DNA of 60,942 nt. Origin: Promethearchaeota archaeon. Lineage in GTDB: Archaea; Asgardarchaeota; Lokiarchaeia; Sigyniarchaeales; SOKP01. The position numbers and the translations under genes were made by a program. The stretch lies in the NCBI GenBank assembly GCA_048938895.1, contig JBHLLU010000023.1, positions 2,147 to 63,088 of the forward strand, in the 5' to 3' direction. This document shows positions 40,173 to 50,239 of this stretch, one piece after another (positions within the stretch are counted from its first letter, which is position 1; each line of letters opens with the position of its first letter). Below the pieces are notes generated by a model, which was not told the origin of the DNA, searched no databases, and saw only the letters and a list, made by a program, of their open reading frames with translations.

Positions 40173-41159
40173 CTATTTTAATTCAATCTTGAGTAAATCT
40201 TCAGCTAAAATAGTGTTAGGAAAGATCTCTTTTGCTTCTTCAAGGAGTTTTGTAGCATTTTCTTGATATCTAGAGGAGATATGAGTCAGAATGAGTTGTT
40301 TAGCATCCATTTTTTTAGCATCATTTGCAGCATCTAAAGATGTTGAATGTTTTTTTTCATGAGCAATGTCTGTTAATTCTTTAGCAAAAGTAGCTTCATG
40401 AATTATGATATCAGAGTCTTTTCCTAATTCAATAATTGATTCACCGGGTATCAAATCTCCTGTATAGGTAATTTTTCTCCCTGGTTTTTTTGGGCCAACA
40501 ATCCCTTCCTTTATTGGATCAACAATTTTTCCTTGGTATTCAATAATTTCGCCCTCCTGTAATTTTTTCCAGAGATGGCTTTCAGGTATTCCCATCAATT
40601 CTGCTTTTTCTGGATCAAATTTCCCAAATCTAGGTTTTTCAATGAATGCATAAGCGAATGTTATGACAGAATGTTCCACTAAAGCGTATTTTATTGAAAA
40701 ATATTTGGAATTGTGAATTATGCTTTCTTTAATTTTAATTATTTTTATAGGTTCCTCAGATTCTAATCCTTCAAATTCTATTAGTTCCTCGTTAATGTGA
40801 TCGATTTCAATAATTCTAATTGGATAATTTGCTTTCAATCCGAGGATTTTTCTATGTAAAAAGAGATAAAGAAAAAGATTCCTAGGCCCAAAGATTGTTA
40901 TTGGAGCTTTTCTTTCATTTAAACTTAAACGGAATAGAAATCCAGGTAATCCGATAATATGATCCCCATGAAAATGAGAGACAAGGATTAATAAAGGCTT
41001 GTTAAATTTCAATCCTGCTTCAGCAAAATTTCGTTGGAAATCTTCCCCACAGTCAAATAAGATAATTTTGTTTCTATATCTTATTGCGACTGAAGACAAA
41101 TTACGATCTCTAGTAGGAGTAGCTGCGGAACTTCCTAAAATATGCAATGTGAGTTCCAT
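40173..41159 (-). CDS. rnz: Ribonuclease Z
   Basis: FDCGE, SHFHGDH, HEATF, HST, LTHISSRY. Confidence 0.95.
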   Translation of the reverse strand: MELTLHILGSSAATPTRDRNLSSVAIRYRNKIILFDCGEDFQRNFAEAGLKFNKPLLILVSHFHGDHIIGLPGFLFRLSLNERKAPITIFGPRNLFLYLFLHRKILGLKANYPIRIIEIDHINEELIEFEGLESEEPIKIIKIKESIIHNSKYFSIKYALVEHSVITFAYAFIEKPRFGKFDPEKAELMGIPESHLWKKLQEGEIIEYQGKIVDPIKEGIVGPKKPGRKITYTGDLIPGESIIELGKDSDIIIHEATFAKELTDIAHEKKHSTSLDAANDAKKMDAKQLILTHISSRYQENATKLLEEAKEIFPNTILAEDLLKIELK

Positions 41160-41261
41160 AATAAGTTTAACATAGGAAAATATTTAAAATAAACTTCTCT
41201 TAGTCAATGTGATAAATAAAATACAAATTTTATAATTTTGAAAGGGATTTTTTTAATTTGC

Positions 41262-42578
41262 TTATTTTCTCTGTAATTTTTCTATTGTTAGTTTGTGTTC
41301 AATATTTTCTTTTTCTAAATCTGAAATAATTCCTTTAAGTTCTCTCAAACGTATTGATAGATGAGGGTCCTCTTGAATTTGAGTGGGTGTTTGTATAGAA
41401 GTATTGCTAATTTGATTTTGCAACTCATTTATTTTTTGATCTTTTATTTGGAGTTGGTTTTCTAGCTGCCTATATCGTTTCTTAATCTGAACAGCTTCAT
41501 TTTTTATAGTTTCAATTTCACCATCTTTTGTTTCTAATTGTTTCTGCAAGAAAATTGCCATTTCTCTTTGCATCTTTAATTTTCCCTCGGCATCTTTTTG
41601 AGATTCACCCTCAAGAGAGGGTTTACCAGATTTAAGTCTATTTATCTGTTCTTGGAGTGATTTTACCTCTAATTTTGATTTATTTAATTTATTCTGGAGA
41701 TCATCCTGCAGAGTTTTAATCACTCCGGAAGATGTAGAATCGCTTTGATCTAAATTCATAGTTATTTTCCCTTGTTTTAAAGTATTTAATTCACTTTTCA
41801 AGATTGTAATTTCATCATCTCTATTCTTAATTTCTGTTTTGAGTTTCTGAATTTCAGCAAAATCCTTCTTTTCTCCTTTTTTGCTCTTTTTATCATATTT
41901 TGAAAGTTTTTGTTTTAAATCAATTGTTTCTCGTTTAGATTTATTCAGTTGATTTTGAAGATCTTCAATCAAATTCTTGGTAATTGAATCTTTTCCCTTA
42001 TCCTGGGAAGTAGAACTTATTTCTTTAATTTTTTGATTTAAATCATTGATTTCAGATTTATAAACTTCAATTATCTCGTCTTTTTCTATTATCTTTTGTT
42101 TGAATTCCACCAATTCTTTAAGTTGATGTTCTAAATTATTTATCATCGTCTTTTGCTTATTAACTTTATCCTGTAAATCTGCTACTAATGCATTAAGTGG
42201 GCGTTTTTCCCTAAAATCTTCCACTCGGATAACAGAAGTTTCCTTAATTGAGTTTTTTAATTTCTCGAATTCTTGTTGAAGTTGTGTATAGTCTTTTCTT
42301 AGCATTCCCATGCTATTCTTTAGATCTCGAATATATTTTTCTTTTTCTTCAAGTTCATAAGCAAATCTAGATTCTACAGCTTGGATTTTTTTACTTTTAG
42401 TATTTGCTCCTTCCTCTAGTTTTTTAATAGCTTCCAATTCCATAATACTATCTTCGCGTTGCTCGATTATATCTTCAAGTTGTTCAACTGTATTTTTTAA
42501 TTTACTAATTTCAAGATCTTTAGCCTTTAATTTTGATTCTAATTCTTTTATTTTATTTTGTAATGGATCTTCTGACAT
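41262..42578 (-). CDS. Long coiled-coil protein
   Basis: Heptad-rich K/E/L/Q sequence with internal repeats (DLQDKVNK, DLQNQLNKSK, DLQNKLNKSK). Confidence 0.7.
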   Translation of the reverse strand: MSEDPLQNKIKELESKLKAKDLEISKLKNTVEQLEDIIEQREDSIMELEAIKKLEEGANTKSKKIQAVESRFAYELEEKEKYIRDLKNSMGMLRKDYTQLQQEFEKLKNSIKETSVIRVEDFREKRPLNALVADLQDKVNKQKTMINNLEHQLKELVEFKQKIIEKDEIIEVYKSEINDLNQKIKEISSTSQDKGKDSITKNLIEDLQNQLNKSKRETIDLKQKLSKYDKKSKKGEKKDFAEIQKLKTEIKNRDDEITILKSELNTLKQGKITMNLDQSDSTSSGVIKTLQDDLQNKLNKSKLEVKSLQEQINRLKSGKPSLEGESQKDAEGKLKMQREMAIFLQKQLETKDGEIETIKNEAVQIKKRYRQLENQLQIKDQKINELQNQISNTSIQTPTQIQEDPHLSIRLRELKGIISDLEKENIEHKLTIEKLQRK

Positions 42579-42690
42579 TTCGGAGCATCAACTATTTCAT
42601 GGGAATTATTTTACTAATAAAATTATAGATTTTAAAATTTAACTCATAATATATTATAAAACTAATATAGTTCCCAAACAAATAAAATTT

Positions 42691-44604
42691 TTAATAAATC
42701 TCAAAGTCCTTTATGGAGAATGAATTAATTTTTTTCATAATAGGGTAAAGGCTGATAAAATTAAACAAGGTAAATATAGCAAATAACACAATAAAAATAG
42801 CAAATGGGACTATTAGTGGAGGTAAAAATACTCTTCCAAAAATTATAGTTGAATTTAGAATCATTCCTAGGCTTAAGCTTAATAAAAGTGAAGGTATGAT
42901 TACATAAAGGGACTCTAGGAATAGAATTCTTCTTAATGCCTTATTTCTCGATCCCAGTGCCCGCATTATTAAAAAATCTCTTGCTTTTTCCATTATACCA
43001 CTTTTTTGATAATTAAATAGAGATAATATTCCTAAAAACATCATAATAACGATTAAAAACATGGGATATGATGATAGATTTAAGAGAAAATCAATATTTG
43101 TCTTAAATACTTTTTCAAGTTGTATATGAGTAAAATTTGTTCCTAATTTGTTTTCTATATAATTTTCTAAATCAGATTTAATACTATCATAAGAATTTTT
43201 TTCTAATTTTAGCAGAACGAGATTGATTGTTTGAGAGGGTAATAATAACTTTTCTTGAAATGAACTTAGATCTATATAACCTGCATAACCGCTATAAAAA
43301 CTATCAATTATTACTCCAGTTATTTCAAATTCATGAGTTTCAATACCAATATTATTGATTCGCAAATTTTGTATTAAAGCTTTATCAAAATAATTAGTAG
43401 CTAAGCCATCTCCCACAATTATCTCATAATCAAGTGTGGTATAATTTCCTTCAATTTCAAAATTCTGAATTATCGTGCTGAAATTCAACCCAATAATAGG
43501 AAAGTTACCTGTTCTGTGTTTTCCATAGGTTACATAATCTCCATTAATGATGACAGTTTTACTCATTTCTTCAATGTCACAAAAATTTATCAATCTCTCA
43601 TCAACCATTTTGATAGTAGTAATATTATCTTTTATGTCGCTTATAAAGTCTCTGTTGAATAGATATTTCGTATCAGTAAAATTAATATCTGTCTGATTAA
43701 CAATAATTCTTGGATTTGAAAACATTTCATACATCCTCGAATAATTTTGGAGTACATCTTTATGCCCTATTCCTATGATGCTCTCACCTTGAGACTTACG
43801 AATCCATTCCTCTGATGATGACCTTAGCACGACTGTGCCTAAACCAAGTGTAAATATGATCAAACAAATTAAAGAAAATACTATAATGAATCTTCTAAAT
43901 TCACTTTTTCTTCTAATAGTATTAATTATTGATAGTTTAACATTAATTCCTAATGAAGAAAACCATTTTGGAATAAATTGCATTTTTTTAGAAGCATCAT
44001 AATTATAAGGAATATCTTTAGAGAACGATTTTACGATACTATCATTCCCAATCCTCCTTAAAGTATATCCAGGTATAATAAATATGCCAAAAATACAGGA
44101 AACAAATAGAATTAAAGTAAAGTATGTATCAATTTGAAAAATAATGGAAAAGTAGAAGGTGTTGATTATTAAACTAAATATTCCAAAGGAGAGTAGCCCA
44201 CACATTACACCGATAAAGAATCCTATAAAGAATATAATATAAATTTCGAGAAGGTAAAAACTATACAATTTTCGTGGCATTGTACCTAAAGCTTTCATAA
44301 TTCCAATATCTTTTTTTTTATGGATAATGAGAGTTGTTGAAATTGCAATTATTATGAAAATCGCTAAAATCATTAATAATATCTGGATTAATGATATATA
44401 TTGTTTATATACAGTACTTATACTTCCTGTAAAATAGTACTGGTTTGAAAAATCAGAAGGAAAAAATACGTTTAACCCTAAAGATGATGTAAAATTAAAT
44501 AAAAATATTGTAATTCCAACGACTAAAATAATAATTACTAAATAAGGAACTGTTTGACTCTTCTTTCGATAAAAATCTTTCAGAGCAAAATCGATAGACG
44601 ACAT
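42691..44604 (-). CDS. ABC transporter permease, FtsX/MacB type
   Basis: DIGIMKALG and DFLIMRALG FtsX motifs; multiple TM helices. Confidence 0.85.
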   Translation of the reverse strand: MSSIDFALKDFYRKKSQTVPYLVIIILVVGITIFLFNFTSSLGLNVFFPSDFSNQYYFTGSISTVYKQYISLIQILLMILAIFIIIAISTTLIIHKKKDIGIMKALGTMPRKLYSFYLLEIYIIFFIGFFIGVMCGLLSFGIFSLIINTFYFSIIFQIDTYFTLILFVSCIFGIFIIPGYTLRRIGNDSIVKSFSKDIPYNYDASKKMQFIPKWFSSLGINVKLSIINTIRRKSEFRRFIIVFSLICLIIFTLGLGTVVLRSSSEEWIRKSQGESIIGIGHKDVLQNYSRMYEMFSNPRIIVNQTDINFTDTKYLFNRDFISDIKDNITTIKMVDERLINFCDIEEMSKTVIINGDYVTYGKHRTGNFPIIGLNFSTIIQNFEIEGNYTTLDYEIIVGDGLATNYFDKALIQNLRINNIGIETHEFEITGVIIDSFYSGYAGYIDLSSFQEKLLLPSQTINLVLLKLEKNSYDSIKSDLENYIENKLGTNFTHIQLEKVFKTNIDFLLNLSSYPMFLIVIMMFLGILSLFNYQKSGIMEKARDFLIMRALGSRNKALRRILFLESLYVIIPSLLLSLSLGMILNSTIIFGRVFLPPLIVPFAIFIVLFAIFTLFNFISLYPIMKKINSFSIKDFEIY

Positions 44605-44635
44605 ATTAGATTTTAAACTTCATGATTTAGGTTGA

Positions 44636-45400
44636 TTATATTTTTTCTTCTAAGATCTTTCCACCATCAAATGAAATTATCCGGTCTGCTAAAGCAATTA
44701 GATCATCATCATGAGTAGCAATAATAATAGTTTTTTTGCTGGATTTTAAATCTTTAAAAAGCTTCTTAATAAATTGACTAGTTTTCTTATCTAAGTTAGC
44801 TGTTGGTTCATCAGCAAGTATTACTGGAGGATCATTTGCTAATGCTCTAGCGATAGAGACTCTTTGTTGTTCACCCGCAGATAATTGAAAGGGCAAATGT
44901 TCTCTTCTATCAGCTAGGTTCATAATTTTTAGCAGTTTTACAGCAGATGTTCTCTGATCTTCCAATTTCATTCCCGAGAGATTCATAGGAAACATTACAT
45001 TTTCTTCAGCTGTAAGAGTACTGATTAGATTATAATTCTGAAATATAAATCCTGAATTTATTAATCGAAATAAAGTAAGAGATTCCTGGTCCATATTTGA
45101 AATCGTTACTCCTTGATTATATACTATTCCTGAGTTTGGGGAATCTAAACCACCTAATAAATTTAATAAAGTTGTTTTTCCGGCTCCACTTGGGCCCGTA
45201 ATAACAATAAATTCACCTTCTTTTATTTCTAGTGACACATTATCAACAGCTTTAACAATAAAATCCCCGATTTCATAATTTTTAACCAGATCTTTGCAGT
45301 AAATTAGATAATCTTGATTTAAGGTTTTCTCTTCTAAAATTCCATTTTTCATTTCTTGAGTTTCTCCATAATTTTTTTCTTTCATTTCGAATTCATCCAT
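44636..45400 (-). CDS. ABC transporter ATPase, LolD/MacB type
   Basis: GPSGAGKTT, LSAGEQQR, ADEPTANLD, ATHD. Confidence 0.9.
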   Translation of the reverse strand: MDEFEMKEKNYGETQEMKNGILEEKTLNQDYLIYCKDLVKNYEIGDFIVKAVDNVSLEIKEGEFIVITGPSGAGKTTLLNLLGGLDSPNSGIVYNQGVTISNMDQESLTLFRLINSGFIFQNYNLISTLTAEENVMFPMNLSGMKLEDQRTSAVKLLKIMNLADRREHLPFQLSAGEQQRVSIARALANDPPVILADEPTANLDKKTSQFIKKLFKDLKSSKKTIIIATHDDDLIALADRIISFDGGKILEEKI

Positions 45401-45577
45401 ATCTACTTCAGGCTATAGCTTAAGTTATGTATCTACGAATATATAGACTGTCTTAACTAGAGTTTTGATAAAAATACAATTTTTTAAAATTTAAAGTAAT
45501 GAATTATTATTGTATTTTAAAAATTTATGTAAGATTTTAAAATAAATTTAAATATTAAAGTTTCATACATAAATACT

Positions 45578-45721
45578 TGAGGGAAATCGAGAAAATAAAA
45601 ATATCCCCTAATTTCCTAATTAAAATGGTAACTAAATTATTTTTAAAATCTTAAACTTCCTTTTTAAGATTTTAACTTTTTCTCGTCTCCCTCACTCTGA
45701 TTCTTAGAACTAAAGTTCTAA
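45578..45721. repeat. Nested inverted repeats upstream of the corrinoid protein gene
   Basis: TGAGGGAAATCGAGAAAA (45578) / TTTTCTCGTCTCCCTCA (45678-45694); 13-bp hairpin 45643-45675; palindrome TTAGAACT-AA-AGTTCTAA 45704-45721. Confidence 0.7.
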
Positions 45722-45829
45722 AAGAGAATATCCTTTAATTATCTCTTTATAAAAAAACTTTAAAGGATTATTTTAATTACCAATAATAATTTTATTTAGT
45801 AATTTTGATAATAAAAAGTGTAGATCTTA

Positions 45830-46462
45830 ATGGATTTTGAAAAATTGACTGAATTAATTATTGAACTTGAAGTCGATGACATTGCTGCTGCCGTAAAAGA
45901 AGCATTAGACGAAGAAAAAGATCCATTTGACGTGTTAAATGCCCTAACTAAAGGAATGGATGAAGTGGGGCGTCGTTATGAGGAAAAAGAATATTATTTA
46001 ACTGAACTTGTGCTAGCTGGTGAAACCATGAAAGAGGCATTCGAAGTCTTGCAACCCGCGTTAGCAGCAGCTGATACATCAATAGAGAAAGTAAAAATAA
46101 TCTTAGCAACTGTTAAAGGTGATAATCATGACATTGGAAAAAATATACTTGGTTCTTTGTTATTAAGTTCAGGATTTGAACTTCATGATTTAGGAATGGA
46201 TGTAGATGAGAATGCAATTGTTGAAAAGGTAAAAGAAACAGGAGCAGCAATCATAGCTTTAAGTTCATTGCTAACGATGACAGTTGAGCAGATTCAAGTG
46301 GTGCATGAGGCTTTAAAAGCAGCAGGTCTTAGGGATAAGGTAAAATTAATTGTGGGCGGTGCCCCTCTAAATGAAGAGCTAGCTAAAAAATTAGGCGCTG
46401 ATGATTTCGCTGACGATGCGGTAGAGGGAGTAAAACATATCAAAAAATTAGCAGGGCAATAA
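45830..46462 (+). CDS. Corrinoid (B12-binding) methyltransferase cognate protein
   Basis: Cap domain plus GDNHDIGKN, SSLLTMT, VGGAP. Confidence 0.9.
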   Translation: MDFEKLTELIIELEVDDIAAAVKEALDEEKDPFDVLNALTKGMDEVGRRYEEKEYYLTELVLAGETMKEAFEVLQPALAAADTSIEKVKIILATVKGDNHDIGKNILGSLLLSSGFELHDLGMDVDENAIVEKVKETGAAIIALSSLLTMTVEQIQVVHEALKAAGLRDKVKLIVGGAPLNEELAKKLGADDFADDAVEGVKHIKKLAGQ

Positions 46463-46695
46463 TATTTTTCAAAAATTTTTTTATAATAATTCCAACCATA
46501 TTTTTTTTAGATTATTTTGTTCCTTGATTTATAGGTTATAAGTGCTTTTTTTTAACTGTTTTATTTCTTTATTTTGTTTAGTGTTGAATTTGATTAAATT
46601 ATAATGAGAACATTTATACCCTTTTTTATTCGTTTATATCCCAAGAACCAATAAAATAAAAAAAAATTATATATGATTATATGGAGGATTAAATT

Positions 46696-46950
46696 TTGAC
46701 TGATAATGAAAGTGAAGTAATTAAGTATGATGAAGAGTTAGACACTAGAGGGCTATTCTGTCCTGAACCCCTATTTGAAGTAAGAAATTTAAGTGAAACT
46801 CTTGAAATTGGACAATGTTTTAAAGTTATAGCAGATGATCCTGCTGCAGAAGAAGATCTAAAGCGATGGGCCAAGAGAACTGAAACGAGATTAGTAGAAT
46901 TTCAAAAAGACGGTGATGATTTAATTTTTTATTTTCAGAAAGTAAAATAA
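46696..46950 (+). CDS. tusA: TusA/SirA sulfur carrier
   Basis: LDTRGLFCPEP, DDPAAEED. Confidence 0.9.
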   Translation: MTDNESEVIKYDEELDTRGLFCPEPLFEVRNLSETLEIGQCFKVIADDPAAEEDLKRWAKRTETRLVEFQKDGDDLIFYFQKVK

Positions 46951-46963
46951 GAGGATTACAGTT

Positions 46964-48157
46964 ATGAGTGTTTATTTAGATTACCAAGCGGCTAAACCAG
47001 TTGATTCAAGAGTTATTTCAGAGATGACGGTATATTTAAATCAGAAGTTCGCTAACCCGTCTTCTTTACATTGTCAAGGTGACGATGCGACAGATGCATT
47101 AACTGAATATCGACGCAAGATTGCAGATTTCATTAATGCTCCTGATCCTGAATCGATTATTTTTACTTCTGGTGCTACTGAGTCTAACAATTTAGCATTG
47201 ATTGGGGGTGCTATGAGATATAAGAAGAAGGGAAATCACATAATAATTTCAGAAATAGAGCATATTTCGATTTTAAACATTGCTAAATATCTGGAACGAG
47301 AGGGATTTCAAGTGAGTAGACTTCCTGTAGATCAATATGGAATTGTAAGAATAGAAAAATTAGAACGTTTAATTACAGATAAAACCATTCTGATTTCTAT
47401 TTCTACAGCAAGTAATGAGGTTGGATCTCTTCAACCAATTAAAGAGATTAGTGAAATTGCTTCAAAACATAAAATTCTATTTCACACTGATGCTGTGGCA
47501 AGCGAGAGCACAGTTCCTATAGATGTACAAGAAATACCTGTGGACATGATGACAATTTCTTCAAATGATATATATGGTCCAAGAGGTATTGGCGCGTTAT
47601 ACTTAAAGAAAGGAGTTCGTGTGAACCCAATTATAATTGGGGGTGGTCAAGAGAGGGGTTTTCGATCAGGTTCTGAAAATATTCCAGGAATTGTGGGATT
47701 TGGAAAAGCAGCTGAAATAATGAAATCCGAAATACATGAAGAAGCAGCAAGATTAGAAAAATTAAGAGACAAACTGATTAAAGGTATATTGGAAACAATT
47801 CCAAAATCTCATTTGAATGGTCATCCAGAAAAGCGTCTTCCTCATAATGCTCATTTTAGATTTGATTATATTGAAGGTGAATCTCTGATCTTAAGTTTAA
47901 AAGATGAAATGATTGCTGCAGCAACAGGCTCAGCATGTTCATCAAAAACATTAGAAGCATCCCACACTTTGATTGCTATGGGTTTACTCCATGAAGAAGC
48001 GCATGGGTCACTTGTAATTACATTAGGAAGAGAAACTAAAGAACGGGATATAGATGAGTTATTAGAAAAATTACCTGGGATTGTAAAACGATTGAGGCTA
48101 TTATCCCCACTTACTCCTCCAGATTTAATTAAAAAATATAATGAGGTGAATGAATAA
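46964..48157 (+). CDS. iscS: IscS/NifS-family protein with the PLP lysine replaced by Asp
   Basis: YLDYQA, FTSGATESNN, SSNDIYGPRG (normally SxHKxYGPKG), TGSACSS. Confidence 0.9.
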   Translation: MSVYLDYQAAKPVDSRVISEMTVYLNQKFANPSSLHCQGDDATDALTEYRRKIADFINAPDPESIIFTSGATESNNLALIGGAMRYKKKGNHIIISEIEHISILNIAKYLEREGFQVSRLPVDQYGIVRIEKLERLITDKTILISISTASNEVGSLQPIKEISEIASKHKILFHTDAVASESTVPIDVQEIPVDMMTISSNDIYGPRGIGALYLKKGVRVNPIIIGGGQERGFRSGSENIPGIVGFGKAAEIMKSEIHEEAARLEKLRDKLIKGILETIPKSHLNGHPEKRLPHNAHFRFDYIEGESLILSLKDEMIAAATGSACSSKTLEASHTLIAMGLLHEEAHGSLVITLGRETKERDIDELLEKLPGIVKRLRLLSPLTPPDLIKKYNEVNE

Positions 48158-48962
48158 AATGAAATCGACTCAGTATTCAGAAAAGGTGTTAGATCACTTC
48201 CGTAATCCAAGAAATATGGGAGAAATCGAGGAAGCTGACGGGTTTGGACGTGTAGGTAATCCTGTATGCGGAGACTTAATGTTTATGTATATTAAAGTCG
48301 GTAAAAATGATAAAGATGAAGAAATTCTTGAAGATGTTAAATTTAAAACGTTTGGTTGTGGATCTGCTGTCGCTACATCTTCAATGATTACAGAAATGGC
48401 TAAAGGATTAACATTGGATGAAGCATATAAGATAACAAGACAGGACGTAGCTGATGAATTAGAAGGACTTCCACCTATTAAAATGCACTGCTCAAATCTA
48501 GCGGCAGATGCTCTAAAAGCAGCTATCGATAATTATAGATTAGGTACTGAACCAGAAGTTGAAGTAGAAACTGCTTGTAAATTAGAGATAAATGTTATTC
48601 TAGGATTTGAGGACTACTTGGGTAAAGGAACTTATAAAGAAATCCCCGAAGACCTTGAAGAAATTAGAGATAAGAGGGTTCTAATTGTAGATTCTGGTGA
48701 TGAATCCTTAGAACTTGCTATAAAACTCACTGATTACACAGGAAGAGTTATTGTGTCCACAACTTCTAAAGTCATCCCAGGAAGAGAGGCTATTGCTAAA
48801 AAGTTAAAACAATCGGATGTAAAAATTCTTCATCAATCTGAACTTGTTGAAGTGAAAGGACAACTAGATGAGGTAGAAAAAGTAATCATGCATGACTTCG
48901 ACGAGGATGAAAATTATGAGTTGTTTGTGGATGCTGTAGTATATTTGGATTATAGAGGTTAA
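48150..48962 (+). CDS. iscU: IscU/NifU scaffold fused to a degenerate thioredoxin-reductase NADPH-domain-like C-terminus
   Basis: YSEKVLDHF.NPRN, GNPVCGD, FGCGSA, KMHCSNL; C-terminal EDYLGKG...KRVLIVDSGDESLE...LFVDAVVY. Confidence 0.85.
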   Translation: MNKMKSTQYSEKVLDHFRNPRNMGEIEEADGFGRVGNPVCGDLMFMYIKVGKNDKDEEILEDVKFKTFGCGSAVATSSMITEMAKGLTLDEAYKITRQDVADELEGLPPIKMHCSNLAADALKAAIDNYRLGTEPEVEVETACKLEINVILGFEDYLGKGTYKEIPEDLEEIRDKRVLIVDSGDESLELAIKLTDYTGRVIVSTTSKVIPGREAIAKKLKQSDVKILHQSELVEVKGQLDEVEKVIMHDFDEDENYELFVDAVVYLDYRG

Positions 48963-48993
48963 ATTTAAAAGCTAAATTATTTTTAAATATTCT

Positions 48994-50127
48994 TTACTTT
49001 TTCATCGATTCTAAGATATAGTCAGCAATATAGTGAATTTCCTTGTTTGTTTGATTCTTGTAATTAACATACCTAAAATTAAAAACACACAGAGGACAGG
49101 AGGAAACTATTTCTTTTGTTTCTATTTTACTAAATAAATCTTTTCCAATATTAATACAAATACTACTATCAACCCCTCTTATCCCAGAACCTGCTCCGCA
49201 ACATGGTGCCTCTTTAGGATTCATTACTGTCTCTTTTATTACTAGACCACAGTTGTTTAAAAGTTCTCTAGGCTCAGTAAAAAGAGGACCATTTTTATAT
49301 TTTCTTCCAAGACGACAGGGATCATGGTATGTAATTGTTTTATTCAAATGGTTTAAAAAAATTTTACCTTCACGTTCTAATTCGTGAATAACATCAACAA
49401 TATGTTTCACATTTATCTTGTAATCATCAAAATATTTCCGATAGACTTTATCGAAGGCATATAAACAGCCCGCACATGTAACCACTATATTTTTTACTCC
49501 AATTCTCTTAAATAGATCAACATTTTCTTTAAAAGTCTTTTTGGCTGTATCAAGATCTCCTGCTGAATATATATATTCTCCACAGCAAGGTTCGTTCTCT
49601 AAAATCTTGAAATCGTACCCAGCAAGCTTTAATATTTCATAAGGTGCACTCGCACTTTCTTTTACCCGAAAAGATGACATACAGCCAAAAAAAAGTAAGG
49701 TATCAGAGTCGTCTTTTTCGAAAATTTCTTCATTTTTCAATTGCTCTGGCAACCAATCTAATCGTTCTTCTGGTTTTCCTCCAACAGAATTGTCTTGTTC
49801 AATAATTCCTCTTATAATCTTATTGTGTATTTCTAAAGGAGCTTTATTTCGCTCAACTAATTTAATTTTTGAAGAATGAATAATATCTGATATTGAAATA
49901 GATTGTTGACATGCTAAGTCACAAGCTGCACATAATGTACATGTATAAAGACCAAGGATTTCATCATCGTTTACATCATGATTGTTAAAAATCTTTTCAG
50001 CAATTTTTAACCTCCCATTTGGAGATTTAATCTCGTCTTTCGTGACTTTATAAGTGTCACAAACCTCTAAGCATGATTTACAATCCAAACATGATTGAAT
50101 CTCATCTAAAATGTCTTTATCATTCAT
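48994..50127 (-). CDS. Fe-S oxidoreductase with two 4Fe-4S motifs and CCG domains (HdrD/GlpC-like)
   Basis: CLDCKSCLEVC, CTLCAACDLAC, PCCG, CAGC, HDPC, CCGAG, SCPLC. Confidence 0.85.
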   Translation of the reverse strand: MNDKDILDEIQSCLDCKSCLEVCDTYKVTKDEIKSPNGRLKIAEKIFNNHDVNDDEILGLYTCTLCAACDLACQQSISISDIIHSSKIKLVERNKAPLEIHNKIIRGIIEQDNSVGGKPEERLDWLPEQLKNEEIFEKDDSDTLLFFGCMSSFRVKESASAPYEILKLAGYDFKILENEPCCGEYIYSAGDLDTAKKTFKENVDLFKRIGVKNIVVTCAGCLYAFDKVYRKYFDDYKINVKHIVDVIHELEREGKIFLNHLNKTITYHDPCRLGRKYKNGPLFTEPRELLNNCGLVIKETVMNPKEAPCCGAGSGIRGVDSSICINIGKDLFSKIETKEIVSSCPLCVFNFRYVNYKNQTNKEIHYIADYILESMKK

Positions 50128-50239
50128 GCGTTTAATCCCGTGGTTAATATTTGGTTATTTTTCAATGCACCTTAGAAAATTTAAATTATTATCATAGTTA
50201 AAGTTCATCGAAAAAAATAAAGTAAATACTTGATTAGAA

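Noticed and set aside
45578-45700. Cobalamin riboswitch call
   Set aside because: Only AGGGAA and CCCC match; the T-loop and B12-box motifs are missing, so it is kept only as an unexplained structure
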